A stretch of DNA of 63,584 nt, counting the filler, from Reclinomonas americana ATCC 50394 (Eukaryota): the NCBI GenBank assembly GCA_048213135.1. It is 14 parts of 14 records of this genome, joined end to end, with 100 filler letters (N's around TTAATTAATTAA, not from the genome) between each part and the next. Parts side by side here need not be neighbours in the genome. Positions count along the whole stretch, not along the records: positions 47,163 to 52,797 come from AFZH01019663.1; positions 52,898 to 55,237 come from AFZH01019664.1; positions 55,338 to 58,518 come from AFZH01019665.1; positions 58,619 to 60,946 come from AFZH01019666.1; positions 61,047 to 63,584 come from AFZH01019667.1; 9 more parts are not named here. One strand, given 5' to 3'. Position numbers and translations under genes: made by a program. Positions 48,201 through 61,400 of the stretch are shown here, piece after piece. Position 1 is the first letter of the stretch. Each line of letters starts with the position of its first letter. The notes below the pieces were generated by a model, which was not told the origin of the DNA, did not search any database, and saw only the letters and a program-made list of their open reading frames with translations.

Positions 48201-51200
48201 CGGCAAGTACGTGACAATCATGAGAGCGGCACGAGATCGGCAGGTGGCCATGAGCATGGCTGTGCAAGCAGCGGGTGACTTGTTGGACGGAACTGCACTG
48301 CAGGCGACACCGGCCGAAGTCGCCCAACTCATCGAGTCGTCGGCTGCACTGGTGTGTGTCTCTCTGTATGCAGCAGACTCCTTCTATTGTGCTGAACCAT
48401 TATCTGTGCGCAGCTCGTCAGTGCACACCAGCAAGCCGCACGGGATTTGATGGGCACGCGATGGAGTGCGGATGCGGACCTTCAACAGTCTCGCATGCTC
48501 TTTGAAGACCGCTGTCCGGTGTCCAATGCCGACCAGACTCTCTCGCTGGTGCACTGCTGGTCAATTAGCACCGTGGTATGTCGACCTCACCGCCTGTCTC
48601 TGGTGAAATCAGTTGCTGACGCGTGCGTGTAGATTTCACGCAGTGCAGAGCAGGCCGTTCGGCTGTCAACACTGGCCTACCAGACGCCCTCGGCTGCAGA
48701 CTTGAGTTCGCTGGCATTCCTTCGTGCCGCCATGTCGGAGACAGAGTCGTACTTTGATGCCAGCGCACAGCTGCTGGCGTCGACATATGTTGCCTACCGC
48801 GACAAGCTTCTTGTGGCCACTCAGGTATGCTGATAGTGTTGTAAACGTCTTTGCCATCTCTTTGCCTTCTTGCTTTTCACGTTGTGTATGGGGAAAAGGT
48901 TCTGTTCGGCTTTGCCATTTGTGCCGTGTGCCTGCTGTCGTGGCTGTGGGTGTGGCCGCTGCTGCGCGTGTGTGATGAAGAGGTGAGTGGCAAAGGGTGT
49001 TTTTTTCTTCTTGACATGCGCCTCCTCACAAAACATCACCGCCGTGTTGCAGTCGTCCTTCCTCAAGTCGCTCATCTTGTTCATGCCGATGGACCTGCTG
49101 ACGTCGGACGAAACGCTCCAGCAGTACCTCTTGTCGGGTCAGATGATTGACTCGATGGACGTTCAGCGTGCGGCGAAGGAGTCGCAAGAGAAGATCAAGA
49201 CCGTGTTGCAGTCGTCGGGTTTGTCGAGTGCTTCGTCTTGTCGCGGAGAATGTCACCGTCCCTCACGTTCCTCCGTACCGAATGCAGACAAGGCCATTGC
49301 GATCACCACCGACCAGTTGCGTTATTCGGCTGTGGTGCACTCATTGCGATTCTTACATCTAACGTGGATGGAGCGACGTGCGCAGTGGCATCATCGAGTC
49401 TGTGAATCGCAGCTTTACCAGAGTACTCGGTTACTCACAAGAGGAGGCCCTGGTGCGTGATTGCTGTCGTGGCGTACGATCTTTACAGTAGTTGTTACTC
49501 ACCTGCTGCTGGCACAAACAGGGAGCCAACATCAAGATGGTTTGTGAAAAGCATCGCTGCCTCCGTTCGTGCTAAGCATACACTCATGAGCGTGCATGCA
49601 CAGGTGGTTCCACCAGAGATTCGCGACCGCCACGATCAGCTCATTCAGGTATGCAGAGCCATCATTATATCACGCACACGCCCGTACTCAGGAATGAAAT
49701 GTATGCAGGACTATCTCGAGCGCGGTACGAGTCGCCTGGTTGGTCGCTCTCTCGAGGCCCTCGCGTGCCATCGAGACGGCTCTCGTGTCCCCGGTAATTC
49801 TGGCTTTTTGCGCGCATGCTGGCCATGTGCTGCCACTGGTCTCACGTGTGTGTGCGCTGCGCAGTCATTGTCACTGTCACCGAGGGACGCATCCGAGGCA
49901 AGCGATTCTTCGCCGCCACCATGCACGACCGGACGGCGGAGTGTGAGGAGGTTGCTCGGCGTGAGAGCGTAACCAAAAGAGTGCGTCTTCCCGTTTCATA
50001 CGTGTTGTCTCCCCAGTCTGTCGCTCATTCGGTCCACAGAACGAGACTGTGCTGTGGGGCATCAAGGTTTTAAAGGAGATCACTGTGCGCCAGTCTTACC
50101 TACCCTGATGCTGACACCGTCTCCGCCACCTCTTGCAGGACGGTTGGGTTATCACTGACGAGTTCGGCATCATCGAGCAAGTGCACCCCAACGTGCTGGC
50201 GACTTTCGGTTACTCTCCATCTGATGTTGCGTGTCTTATGTGTCTATTTACACTTGGGCACTTGCACGCTCGCCATCTCACCGTTTATCCTGCAGCCGGT
50301 CGTCGGCCAGAATGTCAAAGTGCTGGTGCCTGAACCACACGCATCGCTACACGACGAGGTGATTGAGAATGCATGTCGTGCAAACCGATGCACTGCGAAC
50401 TGACACTGTTCTTTTTCTCCCCATCATGCGTGCAGTACATTCGACAGTGCGTCCGATCAAGAGAGATTGCACCTGAAGAGAAACTGCGTCACTCATGACA
50501 ACGCTGTGCCACAGGTACAAGGAAAATGGTCGGGGAAAGGCGTTGGCCTCCAAGTTGCGCTCGTGTTGGACCCATGTGCAATGGAGTTGCCGACATCTCA
50601 CTCTCGTCATGCAGGGGTCGCGAGGTGTTTGCGCTGCACAAGTCTGGCCGCACATTCCACGTGTTTGTGTACCTGGTCGACATTGTTATCGGCAACAAAC
50701 GGTGGTTTGTGGGGTTTGCCCGAAGTTTCGTTGCCACGCATGACTGTTTGTTTTTTTCTCGGTGGTTCCGGCGAGTTAACCCTCCGCCTGACAGACACGG
50801 TGGCGGAGAACGAGCAGCGTGAAAAGATGGAGACACAGAACGACGAACTGCGCGGCATCCTGGCTACAGCACCCGATGCTGTCCTGGTATGCGACCGGCA
50901 TGGACTGGTGAAGCACGGTAACCCAGCTGTCACTCGTCTGCTTGGCTACTCGGTGGAGGAATTGGTCAATGCCGAGGACGGTGGTGGTGCGTGATTGCGC
51001 CACTTGCGAGGCCCTCACCTCCTTCACCCACTCACCTCGTCGGTGCGCAGCTGATGTCACGCTGCAGGCCATTCTCCGCGGGGCTGTCGGCGGCAACTCA
51101 CACAGTCCGTCGTTGGCCGACATTGCGTCCAGTCTGTCGGGCGAAGCCGACAATCTTGTGTTGCAGACCAAGAGTGGTGCCAAGTTCTGTCACTCCCCTC

Positions 51201-52377
51201 CTCTGTGTCACTGTGCTTCTGTCAGTCACTCACTTTCATCACCCAACAGGGTCACTGCGTCGGTTCACCTACGCGAGGTGGTGTTGCAGGGTGTCGCGCA
51301 CTGGATATGTCGTATTGGCGAACCGTCGCCACTGGACGCCCAGCTCCAGGAGTGCTCAATGACCGCGGGCGTGCTGCGCAAGGTGAGCTCCGTTGATTGC
51401 AGCTCGCTCATATGCATCACCCACTCTGCTGACACCAATCTCTCTTCGTTCCCAGATGCTAAATGTCAGCTTCCCGAAACCGGTTTTGGCGAAGGTGACG
51501 GAAATCATGGCGCACCCCGATCGACTCACCGACTCGCTCGTCGACTTCCATCCCGATCTCTCGTGGTACGCTGTTTGCACGCTGTGCATTGAGTGTGTTG
51601 TCACTGTTGCTCATCTCCGACTGCGCAGTCTGTTTATCAAGTTTTGCGGCCTGGCAAAAGTCACTGGCGATGGTACGTGGTGGTGTGTGTATGTGTGTGG
51701 TGTCGTCACTCGTGTAACTCATCATCGCTTTTCACAACAAGCAGATCAAGGACCACTGGTCGGTCACCACCAGATCCACGTCCTGGGCGATCTGTTTGCT
51801 CTTATGGACACACTGTGCAAGAAGACGCACCTGGAGCGCATCAAGACCATTGGTGCGTTGATTTACAAAAACATCAGCAGCCACGCTCGCCGCTGCGCTT
51901 CTTTCTTTGACAGGGATCGCGACACAGGAACCGCATACATGCTGGTGGCTGGCATGTACCGACCGCGACCGGATCATGCAGCCGCGGCCATCGACTTTGC
52001 TCTGTCGGCCATTGACACTGTCAAGGCGTACGCGCAGCGCAGAGGGCTGTCGGTGACCATCAAATGCGGAGTCAACAGTGGCCCTGCAACAGCCGGCATT
52101 GTCGGCATCTTGACGCGATCCTTTGACATTTACGGTGGTGCGTGCACGTGGCAGTGTGCTGCAGCTGCCTCCTCTTTTCTTTGTTGTCTCACGAACGCTT
52201 CGAGCAGACACCATCAATACCGCGTCTCGCATGTCCGCGTCCGCCCCCTACGATTCATGCCAAGTGTCGGAAGACACACACCAGCGAACGCGAGGCATGT
52301 ACGTGGTGGAGACGAGTCAGACCGAGGCCAAGGGCATCGGCCTCATGACGACGTACCTCCCAAGAAAAAGAAAATGA
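44386..52377 (+). CDS. Large multi-TM protein with TmcB-like helical region, several PAS domains and a C-terminal class III nucleotide cyclase domain (spans two gaps)
   Basis: TM segments; YELVASYPNNADVITILAQF; PAS motifs (PEIRDRHD..I..YL, A.HRDG...P, DAVLVCDRHGLV..GNP...LLGYS); cyclase ERIKTIGTAYM, GVNSGPATAGIVG, FDIYGDTINTASRM, KGIG.MTTY. Start position tentative. Confidence 0.8.
45113..45205. repeat. (CT)n microsatellite
   Basis: Seen directly at a gap edge. Confidence 0.9.
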
Positions 52378-52433
52378 TAAAGTCGTACCAAATGTGTCCT
52401 GCCTCCCACCCAATCAACAACAACGCCAGCTAG

Positions 52434-52797
52434 ATGGAGAGCGACGCCGAGTTCCTTGCACGCATTGGCCTGCGCTCTGCCCCTGCAGTGAGTTCGTGTG
52501 CGTGTGTGTGCTCGTGCACACCCGCGTTGACAGTGCGTGAGCAGCAGCAGGCTTCCGCTCCACCTCCACCTCCTTCGCTTCAGTCGTCGGCACCGGTGCG
52601 CACCGTATACGAGGGAGTCGGGCAAGCACCGCGGCTCACACGCGATCAAGTGGATCCTCGCAAGTTTGTGCAAGATGATCCGGTGCGAGAGTTGCAAGTC
52701 ACTGGCGACGGTCGTTTCTCCGCCGACAGCGTTCACGCTGCTGCGCAGTGTGCGTCGCCACCATCACCACCACCTGCACTAAGCTTCTGCTCTCTTT
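52434..52797 (+). CDS. Hypothetical protein, 5' fragment
   Basis: ATG MESDAEFLARIGL with a GTGAGT donor, running into a gap. Confidence 0.35.
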
Positions 52798-52974
52798 NNN
52801 NNNNNNNNNNNNNNNNNNNNNNNNNNNNNNNNNNNNNNNNNTTAATTAATTAANNNNNNNNNNNNNNNNNNNNNNNNNNNNNNNNNNNNNNNNNNNNGAG
52901 AAAAATATGTGCAGTCTTCAGCTTGAATTGTTCACGGCGTTGGTGGTCTGCGCATGGCGTCGCGGAGGAGAAAG

Positions 52975-55170
52975 TCAGCACAGAGCGCAACGTGAACGTT
53001 TTTTTTTCTCGGTTGAACTTACGCACCGACCAAATTCCGCGCTGTCGGCATACTCGCCTCGCCCTTCGCCTTCGTCGTCGTCCAGATCTGCACGGCAGCA
53101 CGTGAAAAAACAAGAGACGCCAATATCAAAATGCCGAGCACTACAAACCTCTGTAAGCGTAGTCGGCGAGTGTGTCGTGTCGTGCTGCTGCGGTCATTGT
53201 TCCCGTCATCACTTGTCTCGAGGCAAAGTCCGCTGAACGACGGATGGTGACCTCGGCTTGTGGCATTGTCTGCGTAAACGCCAGTCGCGACGACTGCGTC
53301 TGGGACATAGTGGAACCACTGGGACCGCCGCCAGACTCGGCCACTGCCGGGGAGCGCTCGTGTGAGTGATGCTGTGATGCCTGTCTCACATGACGCAGGC
53401 AGGAATCAGTGACGCACTCCACACAGCCGGCTGATAGTCGACAGTGTTGGGCCGGGTGATGTGAGACGATGAGCCCGACGAAAGCTGCGACACGTTGCCG
53501 CTGGCCAGCGGCAGCAGCGCTTTGACGGTGCGACCAAGCGCGCCCATATTGTCCTCGTTGAGAGTGATGCGCTGCTCCAGGATCGAGACCGTCTGTGTCA
53601 ACACGTCCAGCTGTCGAATAATGTGCTCCAAATTCACTGCATTGCGCCGTCGTGAGACCAGACGAACAGCGAGGCACGGCGAGGAGAAGGGAGTATGCGT
53701 ACCGGCAAGTGATTCGGGCAGCACGCTCAAATCCAGTGGCGGCGACCGGTACACGCGCCTGTCGCCACCATCGCGGTCGGCGGCCGATCTGCCCTGCGAC
53801 TCCGCAGCGGCACTGCCACCAGCAGCACCGGCGGCGGTGTGTGGTCGTGAGGGCGTGGATGAGCTGGTACGCATAAACAACACAAAAAGCGCGACAGGTG
53901 AGTAGGAGCAGAGTGCGAGTTTGCAGTACGCGGTTTGTGGCACCTTTCGCCGGCGTGAGGTGCAGGTGAGCTTCGAGGCCGTTTCGGTGTGCTTCCGCTT
54001 GCACGTCCCGCGGCGCTCCCAGGTCGGACTGTAGTGGCAAGGATACATATAAAATCAGCACGAGGCCAAACTAACAAACCGGCCACTCGCAACGCAGACG
54101 TACGGTTCGAGTCGGTGGTTCGCGGTGGCGCCGGGGTTGACAGAGCAGCGGCTGTTGCCGCGGCAGCCGAGAGTGCGGTGGCGGAGACTGTCGCCGAAGG
54201 CGCACCGCTGGCCGAGGCCAGTGAAAACACTGCGGCGCGCGATGTCAGCAAGAGTCAGTCACACACACCAATGCACCACCGCAGCCACACGCCACCTTGT
54301 GACCGATCTTCCAACAACGCGTCAAAGTTTGTCTTCCACACAAGCACCTGGCTGTCGGCACCTCCCGTGGCGAAAAAGTCGCCGGCAGGAGAGAACGCAC
54401 ACGCGTTCACTGGACCCTCGTGGGCCTGGATGGTATAGTACAACACGCCCTCGCGCAAATCCCAGATCTGTGCTTGTCAGGCACTCCGCGTGTGAGCGTT
54501 GATTGAGAGGAAACGAAAAACAACAAGAAACAAAAAGGGACCTTGATGGTGGAGTCGCTGGAGACGGAGAGCATAAAGTTGCCGGTCGGGTGCACGGCAA
54601 GGTCGTTGATCACATCGGTGTGTGCGTCGTAGTGCTGCAGCAGCTTGTTGGTGCGAATATCCCAAATGTTGATGGTCCGATCGGCACCGGCGGCCGCAAT
54701 GCACGTGCCGTCCGGCAAAAACGTGGCCTTGTGTAGCGTTCTGTCTCGAAGGAAAGCAATGAGCTGACCATGCACGTTGACCACAAAGAGAGGGAGGGAG
54801 AAAGACAGCCAGACCCAGTGTGCTCGAAGAAGGTATGGACACACTCGCCACTCGTCTCATCCCACAGGCGCACAGTCTTGTCGTCTCCGCCCGACACGAT
54901 GAGGCGGCAGTCGGGACTGAACTCGGCACTCCGCACCCAGTTCATGTGGCCCGTCAACGACACACTGAACTTGTGCCGCGGCACACTCCACACCTACCAA
55001 CGCCGCAGGAGACATGAGTCGACAGAGAGCGGGCGGACTGGAGGCGGAGTGCACGCAACCTTGATGCTCTTGTCATCCGAAGCCGTCAACAGCTTCTTGC
55101 CGTCGGCCGCGAAGCGCACGCACCGAATCGGTGCAGTGTGAGCGCGCAGAATGGTCGACTCACCCTTGCT
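52975..55170 (-). CDS. POC1: Centriolar WD40 protein POC1 (5' end in gap; 3' end approximate)
   Basis: WD40 repeats ([53 protein letters not shown]) and the POC1 C-terminal motif [27 protein letters not shown]. Confidence 0.93.
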
Positions 55171-55439
55171 GCACGTGGTGCGTGACAACTTTTCAACACG
55201 AAAGACACACACACGCACACACACCTATGCACACATANNNNNNNNNNNNNNNNNNNNNNNNNNNNNNNNNNNNNNNNNNNNTTAATTAATTAANNNNNNN
55301 NNNNNNNNNNNNNNNNNNNNNNNNNNNNNNNNNNNNNACACACGCAGTCGCGGCCTACCACACCGACGAAGGGAGGATTTGACCATCTAGTGGGACAGAC
55401 AAGATTTGGCGCGAATCCATGAACTTCTCTCTTCTTTCA

Positions 55440-58400
55440 TTACTTCTTCTCGGCCAACAGCTGCAACAGCTGGTCGAAACGAGTCTCCAGCCGGTCCAGA
55501 CGCTCTTGCATCTGTTGCTTCTCGGCTACACATACACGCATGACAAGTGAGAACGCCTGCCAAAAACTCAACAACACATATTTCGGGCATGTACCTTGCA
55601 ACTCGTCGATCGTACGCCGGTGTTCCTCGATAATGAACCGATTCTCTTCGATAACTTGCTGCTGTTCCTGCAGCGCCTGTACCAGCACTGCCGACAGGTG
55701 GCTGTACTTGACAGCAAGCAGTGGTTCCGGTTGCGAGTTGTCTGCTGCCGCCATCTCGGCCAGCATATCGCGAATGCGAGCAGACTCCGGGATCTCCGTC
55801 ACGAGCTCTGGCATGACGTCGCGCACCTGTTGCGCCAACAGGCCGACTTCAGTGTGCCCCATCTTGCCCAGTCGGAGTGCCTACATCAACCAGAGGAAAA
55901 ACGAGTGGGCGGCCGTGCACACGAACGAGACAAGCAGCAAGTCAACACCAGCGTACCTCGGCAGTCTCATTCCACTCGAAAGCCACGGCGTTCAGGCGAG
56001 CCACACGCGCCATGGCGGGACCGGCAAGCGGGATGCGGGGCAACGTGCTTCGCGTGCTGGACGTGGCGCGTGTGCCATTTGAGGTCTCCCAAGCGACCGA
56101 CAGCGAGACCACGTCGCGCTTCAGGCGCATGTCAGACGGGAATGTGACGGCCGACGTCATCGGGTCGATCGTCGTGTTTCCGCTGTGATACAGTGTGACT
56201 GTTTGCTGAGTACCGAGTCCGTAGTCCACAGTCACATCGCTGCTCGACAATGCTGTGGTCTGCGCGTCCGAATCATCGGCGGGTCAGACTCGCTGGTGCT
56301 ACCATCAAGAACACCACTAGACAAAAAGACAGTTTCTGACGCACCCCTCCGACAATGAGGTCCTGCAATGTCGTGGTGCCACCCGCGTTAATGTTGCCGG
56401 CCACAATCAGAAGCTTGGTGTTGTCGGAGACCTGGAAGCAAACAAGTACGCAACGTGAGCAACTGAGGCGGAGCAACAACAACAATGACGCTTGCTCACC
56501 GTCAAATTGCCCGCAATATCCACATCCTGCTGCACTGACACACTGCCACCGACGGCCAAGTTCACATTGGCGTTGAGCTGATGGACGCACAATGCATGTC
56601 AGGTGTGAGACTAAAGGAGTTTGTATATATAGACAACGACAAACGCAACAGTGACATCGGCGGAGAACGTCGACTGCCCGCTGACCAGCAGCGTTCCAGC
56701 AAGATTAAGCGACGAACTATTGTTTGTCAGCGACACGGAGCCCGCAAAGGTACCGGAGCCGCTGACGGTGAGCGGGCCACCAACATCCAATGAATTGGTG
56801 CCGGTGATAATGACAGAACCACCGAAGCGTGAGGTGCCAGACGCCACACTCAGCTCGCCGACGCCCGTAACCTAATGCGAACGCACAACAAATCGGGGCA
56901 CACACTTGATGTGAGTCACCAAGTTTCTCTTCCCCAACACCAGGGCATAGAATGCCAAAAAAGAGACGAACCGAAAGGTTGCCGCCCATAGTAAGCGTGT
57001 TGGTTCCACTCAGAGTTACGCTGTTGTTGAACGTAGTGGCTCCAGTGACAGCCAGCGGCCCAGACGCAGTCAGCGAGCTACCACTTGCCACAGTAACGTT
57101 GCCGTTCAAAGTACTCGTGCCACCGACAGTCAGATTGTTCGAATTGTTGAGCACCAGGTTCGTGTCGACGCCGCCGACCACAGAAATTGCGCCAGTGAAT
57201 GTACTGGCACCCGTGACCTGCAGCGTACCACCCACCGCAAGATTCTTGCTAGCCGCAATCTGAAACAACATCCAACAATTTCTTGGTCAGTTGCGATCTC
57301 TAAATTGACTGCGCGACGTGTGAACGACTCACGGTCACATTGTCGTTCAAGTTGGTGACGCCGCTGACAGTGAGAGTGCCACCCACAGTCGCGTTGTTGC
57401 TCAGCGTTGCTGCCCCTGTCACCTACTCACCGAGAAGTGGTCAGGCAACCTTACAAACGACCCAGAAAATAGACAGAACACACCGCAATGCTGGATTGAA
57501 GTGTGGCAGCTCCAGTGACGTTGATGGTGCCGCCGATGGTTGCGTTGCCGCCCACATTGATCGACTTGCTGCCAGAGATCTGCGTGTCCACGTTCCCAAG
57601 TCAGCAAACCCCTCCCGGCACACCACCCGAAAATGAGCAATCCCACTCACAGTCACATCGTCAGCAAATGTCGACGTGCCGGTGACAGCCAGTGTCGTGC
57701 CGATCGACGCCGTTGTCGTCGTCGTCAGTGATCCAGTCTACAACATCATTCAAAATCAGCACAACTTCGATCTTCCATCCTCGACACAAAGCGAGCAAAC
57801 GCAACAGCAAGCAGGCCAGTGACAGTCGCTCCACCACTCGCAGTCAGAGGACCCGTGACACTCGCCGATCCACTCACAGTCAGGTTGTTGGTGACCTGCA
57901 CAGACAAGTAAGTACCGATGTATACGAGCATCCAGAGCAAACATTCCACTCCACTAACCCCGACAGTCGATCCGAATGTCGCCGCCCCACCCACAGCCAA
58001 CGTGGCAGGCGACGTGATGCTGACGTTGCCATCCAGACGCGTCGTGCCGCCCACAACAAGCTTCGCGCCAAGTGTGGCATCTCCAGTCAGCGATGTGGTG
58101 CCAGCCACCGACAGTGACGAGCTTGAGTCGATGGTGACGTTGCCGCTCAGCGTCGATACACCATCCACCTTCAGCGATCCTTGCGAGCGCAGTGTCTTGG
58201 CAGCACCAGTCAACTGTTGTCGACAAATGCACAGTGAGCACTTGAATGAACCGAGTGCGCAATGCACAACAATGATAAACTCACCGTCAGGTTGCCAGCG
58301 AATGTCGCGTCACCCGTGAACTGCAATGCACAAAGAAGGGAGACATACACCACCTGTAAGCATACACATTGGACTACACATAGAGACGCATAAGTCACAC

Positions 58401-61400
58401 ACGCAACGGCCGACGTTCCAGTGACACCAAGAGTGCCGCCGACAGTGGCGTTGCCGTTCAACGCAGCGAGTCCAGAGACCTGCATATCGAACACGTCAGG
58501 AAAAATTCATAGGCACGANNNNNNNNNNNNNNNNNNNNNNNNNNNNNNNNNNNNNNNNNNNNTTAATTAATTAANNNNNNNNNNNNNNNNNNNNNNNNNN
58601 NNNNNNNNNNNNNNNNNNTCGCCCGTGAACTGCAATGCGAAAAGAACGGAGACCACCAACACATCTGTAAGCATACACATTGGACTACACATAGAGACGC
58701 ACAAGTCACACACGCAACGGCCGACGTTCCAGTGACACCAAGAGTGCCGCCGACAGTGGCGCTCGCGCTCAAAGACGCCGCTCCGGTAACCTGCTCGTTT
58801 CCATGAGATATTTGCAAACAAAGACGTAATTTTGCAGAAAGTAAACAAACCACAATGCTTGACTGGAGCGTGGCAGCTCCAGTGACATTGAGTGTGCCGC
58901 TGATGGTTGCATTGCCGCCCACATTGATCGACTTGCTGCCAGAGATCTGCGTGTCCACGTTCCCAAGTCAGCAAACCCCTCCCGGTACACCACCCGAAAA
59001 TGAGCAATCCCACTCACAGTCACATCGTCAGCAAATGTCGACGTGCCGGTGACAGCCAGTGTCGTGCCGATCGACGCCGTTGTCGTCGTCGTCAGCGATC
59101 CAGTCTACAACACCATTCAAAATCAGCACAATTTCGATCTTTCATCCTCGACACACAGCGAGCGGACGCAACAGCAAGCAGGCCAGTGACAGTCGCTCCA
59201 CCACTCGCAGTCAGAGGACCCGTGACACTCGCCGACCCACTCACAGTCAGGTTGTTGGTGACCTGCACAGACAAGTAAGTACCGAAGCAAACGGGCATCC
59301 AGAGCGAACATTCCTGGAAACTCCACTAACCCCGACAGTCGATCCGAATGTCGCCGCCCCACCCACAGCCAACGTGGCAGGCGACGTGATGCTGACGTTG
59401 CCATCCAGACGAGTTGTGTTGCCCACAACAAGCTTGCCGCCAAGTGTGGCATCTCCAGTCAGCGACGATGTGCCAGCCACCGACAGTGACGAGCCAGAGT
59501 CGATAGTTACGTTGCCGCTCAGCGTCGATACACCATCCACCTTCAGCGATCCTTGCGAGCGCAGCGTCTTGGCAGCGCCAGTCAACTGTTGTCGACAAGT
59601 GCACAGTGAGCACTTGAATGAACCGATTACACAATGCACAACAATGATAAACTCACCGTCAGGTTGCCAGCGAATGTCGCGTCACCCGTGAACTGCAATG
59701 CGAAAAGAACGGAGACATACACCACCTGTAAGCATACACAAACCGACTACACATAGAGACACCTAGATCATGGACGAAACGGCCGACGTTCCAGTGACGC
59801 CAAGAGTGCCGCCGACAGCGGCGTTGCCGTTCAACGCAGCAAGTCCAGAGACCTGCGTATCGAACACGTCAGCAAAAAGTTCACAGGAACGATGATCACC
59901 ACCACCACGCTGTCGCACCGTGATGGTCGTCAATGTTGACCCGCCAGTGACGTTGAGTGTGCCGCTGACGGTCGCATTGCCGCCCACATTGATCGACTTG
60001 CTGCCAGAGATCTGCGTGTCCACGTTCCCAAGTCAGCAAACCCCTCCCGGCACACCACCCGAAAATGAGCAATCCCACTCACAGTCACATCGTCAGCAAA
60101 TGTCGACGTGCCGGTGACAGCCAGTGTCGTGCCGATCGACGCCGTTGTCGTCGTCGTCAGTGATCCAGTCTACAACACCATTCAAAATCAGCACAACTTC
60201 GATCTTCCATCCTCGACACAAAGCGAGCAAACGCAACAGCAAGCAGGCCAGTGACAGTCGCTCCACCACTCGCAGTCAGAGGACCCGTGACACTCGCCGA
60301 TCCACTCACAGTCAGGTTGTTGGTGACCTGCACAAACAAGTGAGCGCCGAAGCACACGGGAACGGATTACACTCCATTCCACTAACCCCGACAGTCGATC
60401 CGAATGTCGCCGCCCCACCCACAGCCAACGTGGCAGGCGACGTGATGCTGACGTTGCCATCCAGACGCGTTGTGTCGCCCACAACAAGCTTGCCGCCAAG
60501 TGTGGCATCTCCAGTCAGCGACGATGTGCCAGCCACCGACAGTGACGAGCCAGAGTCGATGGTGACGTTGCCGCTCAGCGTCGACACACCATCCACCTTC
60601 AGTGACCCTTGCGAGCGCAGCGTCTTGGCAGCACCAGTCAACTGTTGTCGACAAATGCACAGTGAGCACTTGAATGAACCGAGTGCGCAATGCACAACAA
60701 TGATAAACTCACCGTCAGGTTGCCAGCGAATGTTGCGTCACCCGTGAACTGCAATGCACAAAGAAGGGAGACATACACCACCTGTAAGCATACACATTGG
60801 ACTACACATAGAGACGCATAAGTCACACACGCAACGGCCGACGTTCCAGTGACACCAAGAGTGCCGCCGACAGTGGCGTTGCCGTTCAACGCAGCGAGTC
60901 CAGAGACCTGCATATCGAACACGTCAGCAAAAGTTTACAGGCACAANNNNNNNNNNNNNNNNNNNNNNNNNNNNNNNNNNNNNNNNNNNNTTAATTAATT
61001 AANNNNNNNNNNNNNNNNNNNNNNNNNNNNNNNNNNNNNNNNNNNNTGAACCGAGTGCGCAATGCACAACAATGATAAACTCACCGTCAGGTTGCCAGCG
61101 AATGTTGCATCGCCCGTGAACTGCAATGCGAAAAGAAGGGAGACATACACCACCTGTAAGCATACACATTCGACTACACATAGAGACGCATAAGTCACAC
61201 ACGCAACGGCCGACGTTCCAGTGACACCAAGAGTGCCGCCGACAGTGGCGTTGCCGTTCAACGCAGCGAGTCCAGAGACCTGCATATCGAACACGTCAGC
61301 AAAAGTTTACAGGCACAATGATCACCACCACCACGCTGTCGCACCGTGATGGTCGTCAATGTTGATCCGCCAGTGACATTGAGTGTGCCGCTGATGGTAG

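Noticed and set aside
3969..55170. Introner-like mobile introns
   Set aside because: Apart from simple (GT)n tracts and the fibre-gene duplications, I saw no shared intron sequence between genes.
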